Of a DNA stretch of 47,782 nucleotides, positions 42,827 through 47,782 are shown piece by piece. The position numbers and the translations under genes were made by a program. Under the pieces are notes generated by a model. It was not told the DNA's origin, ran no database searches, and saw only the letters and a program-made list of their open reading frames with translations. The stretch is from NCBI GenBank assembly GCA_964471535.1, contig CAYYHA010000003.1, positions 18,031-65,812 of the forward strand, given 5' to 3'. Every line of letters starts with the position of its first letter. Positions within the stretch are counted from its first letter, which is position 1. The DNA is from an uncultured Myxococcia bacterium (lineage in GTDB: Bacteria > Myxococcota > Myxococcia > SLRQ01).

Positions 42827-42882
42827 TTGCTCCTCCCACGGACCGTTGACGGCCGCATCGGCGATAGAGGAACGTCCCGGCC

Positions 42883-43794
42883 ATGCTAGGCATCGATCTT
42901 TCTGGCAAGCATGCATTCGTCGCCGGCGTGGCGGACGACGGTGGCTTCGGTTTCGCCATCGCCAAGGCACTGGCCGAGGCGGGCGCTACGGTCTCGGTGG
43001 GAACCTGGCCGCCGGCGCTGGGCATCTTCACCAAGCTACTCGACCGGGGGAAGCTCGATGAATCGCTGACCCTCTCCGACGGGTCGAAGATGCGCTTCGA
43101 GCGCATCTATCCCCTCGATGCCGCCTACGACCGCCTCGAGGAGGTGCCCGAGGAGATCCGCACCCACCGGCGCTACAAGGACGCCGGAGACTTCACCATC
43201 GACGGCGTGGCCCAAAGGCTCCGCGAGGATTTCGGCGAAGGCGGGGTCCACATCGTCGTCCACAGCCTCGCCAACGGGCCCGAGGTCAAGAACCCTCTGC
43301 TGGAGACGAGCCGTGGGGGCTATCTCGCCGCACTGAGCGCCAGCGCCTACTCCTTCGTCTCGATGGTGCAGCGCCTTGGGCCCATCGCAGCGCGTGGCAC
43401 TGCATTCCTGGCTCTCACGTACATGGCCAGCCAGCGGGTCATCCCCGGCTATGGCGGCGGCATGGCGGCAGCGAAGGCGGCGCTCGAATGCGACGCGCGC
43501 TTCCTCGCCTACGAGGCGGGCCGCAAGTGGGGACACCGGGTGAACCTCATCAGTGCCGGGCCCTACGCCTCTCGCGCCGCGTCCGCCATTGGCTTCATCC
43601 AGCAGATGATCACGTACTGCAAGGCGAACTCGCCGCTGCCCGAAGCCCTTGCGGCCCACGAGGTGGGCCATACGGCCGCCTTCCTCTCCAGTCCCCTTGC
43701 CAGCGGGATCACAGGGACCATCGTCTATGTGGACAAGGGCTATCACGCGATGGGAATGGCCGTCGATTCGGTGGAAACCCCCGCGACCCCCTGA
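42883..43794 (+). CDS. fabI: Enoyl-ACP reductase, plant/chlamydial type
   Basis: IDLSGKHAFVAGVADDGGFG, GTWPPAL, YPLDA, VHSLANGPEV, YGGGMAAAKAALE, NLISAGP, VYVDKG. Confidence 0.93.
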   Translation: MLGIDLSGKHAFVAGVADDGGFGFAIAKALAEAGATVSVGTWPPALGIFTKLLDRGKLDESLTLSDGSKMRFERIYPLDAAYDRLEEVPEEIRTHRRYKDAGDFTIDGVAQRLREDFGEGGVHIVVHSLANGPEVKNPLLETSRGGYLAALSASAYSFVSMVQRLGPIAARGTAFLALTYMASQRVIPGYGGGMAAAKAALECDARFLAYEAGRKWGHRVNLISAGPYASRAASAIGFIQQMITYCKANSPLPEALAAHEVGHTAAFLSSPLASGITGTIVYVDKGYHAMGMAVDSVETPATP

Positions 43795-43922
43795 GGCGGC
43801 CGGACCCCGCGTGAGAAGGTGTAGGGGCGGTGCTTTGCAGCGCCCGCTCTCGTACCGGCACGCCCCCTGCATGCGCCCCCCGGGGGATGCACGACGCGAC
43901 GACGCCACGCCATCACAGCACC

Positions 43923-44393
43923 ATGACCGAGACCGCCGTGCCGGAGCCCGAAGAGGAGTTCGTCTCCGACCGACTCATCGATCCCCGCGATCGGGCGCGG
44001 AGCCGCCTACGCATCCTCCGCTACCTCGGCTGGTTGCTCGGACTCTACGGCCTTCTGTTGAAGCTGATCGTGCCGACGGCCGTGGCGCTCATCCGGGGCG
44101 AGACCCTGGAAACGTGGTGGCAGGAGGTGTCGTTGCTCTGGATCGGCGTCCTGGCGGTCGCCCTCCTTGCGAAGACGCCCACCCGCAGCCGGCTGCGGGC
44201 CGCGGTGGCGCTGAGCGCCGCGCTCGGCCTTGGTGTTGCGGGGCATCTCTTCTACGAGTTCCTCACTGGCACGACCGGCCATGGCTTCGCGGCGTTCTCA
44301 CACGTCTACTATGGCGCGTGGGTCCTCGGCTACACGCTCTTCGCGGTGCCTGTGCTCTCGAGCCGCCACCTGCGGGAGGCAGCCGGGACGTGA
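43923..44393 (+). CDS. Hypothetical membrane protein (about 4 TM)
   Basis: Four hydrophobic segments, two with His nearby (AGHLFY, FSHVYY); GTGA overlap with the next gene. Confidence 0.65.
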   Translation: MTETAVPEPEEEFVSDRLIDPRDRARSRLRILRYLGWLLGLYGLLLKLIVPTAVALIRGETLETWWQEVSLLWIGVLAVALLAKTPTRSRLRAAVALSAALGLGVAGHLFYEFLTGTTGHGFAAFSHVYYGAWVLGYTLFAVPVLSSRHLREAAGT

Positions 44394-44866
44394 TCGGGAT
44401 CGTCCTCGCCGTCCTCGCCGCGAGCCTGTCCACGCCCGAGGGGCAGGTCACCCTCCACCTTCCGGAGGACCCCATCCGGGAACTCATCCCGACCCGATTC
44501 GAGGTGCGTGGAAGCCCCGCCGCTCTCGATGCGCTGCGCCTGAGCTTGCTGCCCGCCGACGCACGCCGGCGAGCGGTGCCGCCCGAACGGCTCGCGCTGG
44601 TCCGAAGTGGCCCCGAGCGCGCCTACGTGGACTACACCTTTCGTAGCGGGGGCCACTATGCGCTGCGTCTCGCCGTGGGCGAGGCTCATACGCAGGCGTC
44701 GCTGGAGGTGCAGCCGCAGGAGTGGATGACCTTCCCGCTCCAGTTTGGCCTCTTCACAGCGGGAGTCGTCCTTCTGGTCGTTCTTCTCTTCGGTCTTGCC
44801 CACTGGCTCCGCCACCGCGCCCTTCGAGAGAGTCCCGACGCACCCGGCGGGCCACTAGCACGGTAA
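44390..44866 (+). CDS. Exported beta-sandwich (FixH/YtkA-like) protein with C-terminal TM anchor
   Basis: GTG start, short signal; YVDYTFRSGGHYALRLAV; C-terminal TM FGLFTAGVVLLVVLLFGLA. Confidence 0.55.
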   Translation: MIGIVLAVLAASLSTPEGQVTLHLPEDPIRELIPTRFEVRGSPAALDALRLSLLPADARRRAVPPERLALVRSGPERAYVDYTFRSGGHYALRLAVGEAHTQASLEVQPQEWMTFPLQFGLFTAGVVLLVVLLFGLAHWLRHRALRESPDAPGGPLAR

Positions 44867-44939
44867 AGGCGAAGATCCCCAGCGCGAGCATCAGCTCGGT
44901 CAGGTGGAGGATCATGTCGAAGAGCTGCAAATCCGTCAT
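44754..44939 (-). CDS. Possible small single-TM peptide at the end of the cco operon
   Basis: MTDLQLFDMILHLTELMLALGIFAFTVLVARRVRR, preceded by AAGGTGG; overlaps the convergent gene by 113 nt. Confidence 0.35.
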   Translation of the reverse strand: MTDLQLFDMILHLTELMLALGIFAFTVLVARRVRRDSLEGRGGGASGQDRREERPEGRLPL

Positions 44940-45008
44940 GGGCCAGACCACCTTGGAATCGGTCGCCGCCTTGCGGCAGGCCGTCGGTCCGCCATCAAAC
45001 TCGCCACA

Positions 45009-45182
45009 TCACTTGGGGAAGGCCGGAACCATGTACATCGCCACGTAGGCGATCATCCACGCGAAGAAGGCAACCCAGACGAAGAGGAGCGCGATGGGGA
45101 TCTTGTTCCCGACGTAGTCGACCCGGGTCTTCTCGGAGGGCGCGCCTTCCTCGACGACCTTCTCTTCTCTGCTTTCACTCAT
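45009..45182 (-). CDS. 57-aa peptide resembling the CcoP/FixP N-terminal membrane segment
   Basis: Translated by hand (below the ORF-track cutoff): MSESREEKVVEEGAPSEKTRVDYVGNKIPIALLFVWVAFFAWMIAYVAMYMVPAFPK; ATGA overlap with the upstream gene. Confidence 0.65.
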   Translation of the reverse strand: MSESREEKVVEEGAPSEKTRVDYVGNKIPIALLFVWVAFFAWMIAYVAMYMVPAFPK

Positions 45183-45391
45183 GGAATCTCCTCCAACGGA
45201 ACCGTATCCTCACCTTCCGCCTCGAGCGGGGCCGACGCGAGGCTGCGTTCACTAGACAGGTGGCCGGTCAGAACCCCCCAGACGATGAAGAGGATGAGGC
45301 TGCCAACGCCACAGCCGATGATGATCCCCAAGAAGAGGATCAGCTCGGAGGAATCGACGCCGCAATAGAAGCACCCAAGGGGCCCGCTCAT
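45179..45391 (-). CDS. 70-aa CcoS-like membrane peptide with N-terminal CxxC
   Basis: MSGPLGCFYCG...LILFIVWGVLTGHL; ATGA overlaps at both ends. Confidence 0.6.
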   Translation of the reverse strand: MSGPLGCFYCGVDSSELILFLGIIIGCGVGSLILFIVWGVLTGHLSSERSLASAPLEAEGEDTVPLEEIP

Positions 45392-45624
45392 CGCCGCGCC
45401 TCGATCTCGAAGAGGTCCTCTTTGATTTCCTCGTAATCGGTGAACTGCCCCCGGACGAAGGCCCACCCAACGACGCAGAGGAAGCCCATCGCCGCCAGCG
45501 CATAGGCTATCGCCGAGAGCGCCATCATCGTCCCGAGGCGACCGGTGACGAGCACGAAGGCGATGAGCCCCAAGAGCGCAGCGAAGGTCACGAGGAAGAG
45601 GACACCGACAACCCACGGTTTCAT
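45388..45624 (-). CDS. ccoS: cbb3 oxidase assembly protein, CcoS-like (2 TM)
   Basis: WAFVRGQFTDYEEIK fits the CcoS WAxxxGQFxD motif; ATGA overlap with ccoO. Confidence 0.7.
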   Translation of the reverse strand: MKPWVVGVLFLVTFAALLGLIAFVLVTGRLGTMMALSAIAYALAAMGFLCVVGWAFVRGQFTDYEEIKEDLFEIEARR

Positions 45625-46208
45625 GGCAAACCCTCCGCGCGGCGCTCGAGTTCCAGTTCGTCCGGGACCTCGGCCCAACTTCCCAGCCACATCACATACG
45701 CGGTGAGATCGACGAGATCCTTCGTCGGCTCGCCGTCGTCCGTGTAGTACCAGGGGAAGGAGGGCATCACACTCTCGGGTACGACGTTCCTGGGATTGTA
45801 GAAATGGGCGAAATGCCAGTCCTTGCTGTGCTTGTTCGACTCGCGAATGAGGTCGGGCCCGACGCGCCGCGTCCCGAAGAGCTGCGGCAGCTGCAGCTCG
45901 TTCTGGTATTCGCCCGCCGTGGACACCGGGCCGTAGTACAGCGCCTCGTTGCCGACCGGCCGCACATATTGGCTGTGGCAGTGCCAGCAGCCCTCTGAGA
46001 CGTAGATATCCCGGCCATGGCGCAGGCCATCCATATAGGCCTCGGGTGAGTCGTAGTCCTCTTCGAACTGCCAGGGGACCTCGTCGATCTGAAGCGGCTC
46101 CACCTCGGTCTTGTCGAGAACGAGCCACGGGCCGAGGCCAAGCGTCGTGAAGGCGAAGGCGAAGAGCAAGACGCCGCCAACGACAAAGATGAAGGAGAAG
46201 CGTTCCAT
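45621..46208 (-). CDS. ccoO: cbb3-type cytochrome c oxidase subunit II
   Basis: TM anchor; GRDIYVSEGCWHCHSQYVRP, GTRRVGPDL, HFYNPRNVVPESVMPSFPW. Confidence 0.95.
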   Translation of the reverse strand: MERFSFIFVVGGVLLFAFAFTTLGLGPWLVLDKTEVEPLQIDEVPWQFEEDYDSPEAYMDGLRHGRDIYVSEGCWHCHSQYVRPVGNEALYYGPVSTAGEYQNELQLPQLFGTRRVGPDLIRESNKHSKDWHFAHFYNPRNVVPESVMPSFPWYYTDDGEPTKDLVDLTAYVMWLGSWAEVPDELELERRAEGLP

Positions 46209-47626
46209 CAGGCTGCCTCCAACTCACCTCGAGCACCCTCGCTGCTCGGCGAGCGCAGCGAGAGGAGCAGGTTGAGCACGAACATCACCTGGCCGACGAA
46301 GATGAGCAGGCCGGAGAGGAGCCGCACGAACCAGTAGGGCTTGATGGCGACCATCGTATCGACGAAGGGCACCATGGCCTTCCACATGTAGCCCTGCTGC
46401 AGTCCGGCGATGCCGAGGACGACCCACATCAGCCACAACCCGATTGTCGAGAGCCAGAAGTGCCATTCGGCGAGCGCCCGGCTGAAGAGCGGGCGGCCGG
46501 TGAGCCGCGGCCACAGGTAGTAGATCCAGGCGAAGATCCAGAAGCTGAACACACCGAAGAGCACCAGGTGCGCATGCCCGGGCACCCAATCGGTGAAGTG
46601 AATGATCTCCTGTACCGAGAGGGTCACGTGGATTGCGCACTGAATGCAGGTCACCAGATAGGCGATGATGCCGGCGACGACGAACTTCAGAGAGGTGGAC
46701 TGCACGAGCTGGCGGAAGCCGTCACGGCCCATCGTGGCCAGCATGTTGTACACGACCGTGTACACGACGACATGAACCCCCACGCTCGCCACCACGCTCG
46801 CGTACTGCGCCCACATCGGGATGGGGCTATAGAGGTAGTGGTGGCTGCTGTTGAGCGGATAGAAGAAGGCCAGCCCCCAGAAGCCAATGAGCGAGAGCGC
46901 ATGGCTGTACAGCGGCTTCTTCACCAACAGCGGCAGCAGGTAATAGATGATGCCGATGCCGACCGGCGTGACGAAGAGGCCCACCAGGTCGTGGATGTAC
47001 ATCGACGTGATCGCCGCCCCACCCGTTCCCGGGACCAGATACTGGGGCAGGAAGTTGCCCATCAGGTAGGTCAGGGCGGTCCAGACCAGTGCGCCCACGA
47101 CGTACCAGATCGTCACATAGAAACGCTTGGCCCGCGCCTTGATGATCGGCGTGAAGATGTTCACGCAGAAGAGGACGTAGAAGACCACCACGATGGGATC
47201 GGCCCACGTGGGATTCTCACCCCACTCGAGCGCCTGGGCCTGCCCACCCAGGATGCCGATGGCACCTGCGATGTAGATACCGTTCCAGCCGAAGAGCGTG
47301 AGGTAGCCCAGCTTCTCCGACAGGATGCGTTGGCCGGTGAGCTTGGGGACGACGTAGTAGAGGATCCCCATGAACGCACTGGCGATCCACGCATACGCCA
47401 CCGTCTGCGTGTGCAGCATGCGCACCCGAGCCGGCGCGAGGAACTCGATCCCCTCGAAGGGGTACCAGCCTACGAACTGCAGCGCGAAGGAGAGGCCGGC
47501 GAGCACCACCAGCACGATGTAGCCCACGGAGAAGTAGAGATGGGCGCGGACCAGGTCGTAGCTGACCAGCGGCAACGCCTCATCCTTGTCCGGCGCGGCG
47601 ACGGCTCCTGCGGTCGCGGTCGTCAT
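46208..47626 (-). CDS. ccoN: Divergent cbb3-type (C-family) heme-copper oxidase subunit I
   Basis: About 12 TM; RMLHT, YIHDLVG, FYPLNSSHH, HFTDWVPGHAH: six His ligands plus the helix-VII Tyr. Confidence 0.9.
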   Translation of the reverse strand: MTTATAGAVAAPDKDEALPLVSYDLVRAHLYFSVGYIVLVVLAGLSFALQFVGWYPFEGIEFLAPARVRMLHTQTVAYAWIASAFMGILYYVVPKLTGQRILSEKLGYLTLFGWNGIYIAGAIGILGGQAQALEWGENPTWADPIVVVFYVLFCVNIFTPIIKARAKRFYVTIWYVVGALVWTALTYLMGNFLPQYLVPGTGGAAITSMYIHDLVGLFVTPVGIGIIYYLLPLLVKKPLYSHALSLIGFWGLAFFYPLNSSHHYLYSPIPMWAQYASVVASVGVHVVVYTVVYNMLATMGRDGFRQLVQSTSLKFVVAGIIAYLVTCIQCAIHVTLSVQEIIHFTDWVPGHAHLVLFGVFSFWIFAWIYYLWPRLTGRPLFSRALAEWHFWLSTIGLWLMWVVLGIAGLQQGYMWKAMVPFVDTMVAIKPYWFVRLLSGLLIFVGQVMFVLNLLLSLRSPSSEGARGELEAA

Positions 47627-47781
47627 CGTTCGTCTCCTTGGGGCTGGGCCTCGGCGTCACCGGTCGCGCCGGCATTCGCCTCCTCCGCAGGGGGACAGGT
47701 GTTCCAGAGCGTGCATGGGGGATCGAAGGCATCGGGGTCGGGGTCGCCCCGGTGCTTGATGATCTCGCGCACGTAGGCGAC
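47623..47781 (-). CDS. 3' end of an upstream gene, probably a c-type cytochrome (truncated by window)
   Basis: VAYVREIIKHRGDPDPDAFDPPCTLWNTCPP...QGDER*; VAYVR resembles the last helix of class I cytochrome c; ATGA overlap with ccoN. Confidence 0.5.
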   Translation of the reverse strand, partial: VAYVREIIKHRGDPDPDAFDPPCTLWNTCPPAEEANAGATGDAEAQPQGDER

Positions 47782-47782
47782 G

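Noticed and set aside
36833-43900. Integrative element at tRNA-Gly
   Set aside because: No integrase, and only short chance-level matches to the tRNA 3' end (for example CGCCCGCTCC near 38057, inside a gene).
44940-45008. GCC-GCAA-GGC tetraloop hairpin (minus strand) as a riboswitch or terminator
   Set aside because: The stem is short, with no U-tract and no recognisable aptamer consensus.
46208-47626. Calling the oxidase a cNOR (norB)
   Set aside because: It lacks the helix-VI Glu of HLWVE, keeps the helix-VII Tyr, and its partner is CcoO-like.

Overview
High-GC bacterial chromosomal segment. Gene content points to Myxococcota or a relative (inference from a MYXO-CTERM protein, many Cys-rich lipoproteins with DGG/DAG linkers, a Ser/Thr kinase-NTPase-TPR protein and an RpoH-like sigma factor). 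About 46 genes and one tRNA-Gly(CCC). Housekeeping genes are uvrA, maeB, a heterodimeric MdlAB-like ABC exporter, moaD/moaE, two nucleoside deaminases, prfA-prmC-murA-hisG and a plant/chlamydial-type fabI. They are interleaved with many uncharacterised secreted or lipid-anchored proteins. No transposase, integrase, prophage or CRISPR array is visible. Best candidates for new biology: (1) a divergent cbb3-like heme-copper oxidase operon at the right end, with altered active-site and channel motifs, two CcoS-like peptides and a free-standing CcoP-N-like peptide; (2) a lipase plus three tandem YbjQ-like lipoproteins directly behind tRNA-Gly; (3) a translationally coupled NUDIX / degenerate AMMECR1 / Kelch-lipoprotein unit; (4) an operon with a lipid-anchored GH1; (5) a roughly 176-nt element closed by a perfect 13-bp inverted repeat between prmC and murA. 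All family calls come from motif recognition by eye, and start codons were chosen from RBS, overlap and signal-peptide logic.
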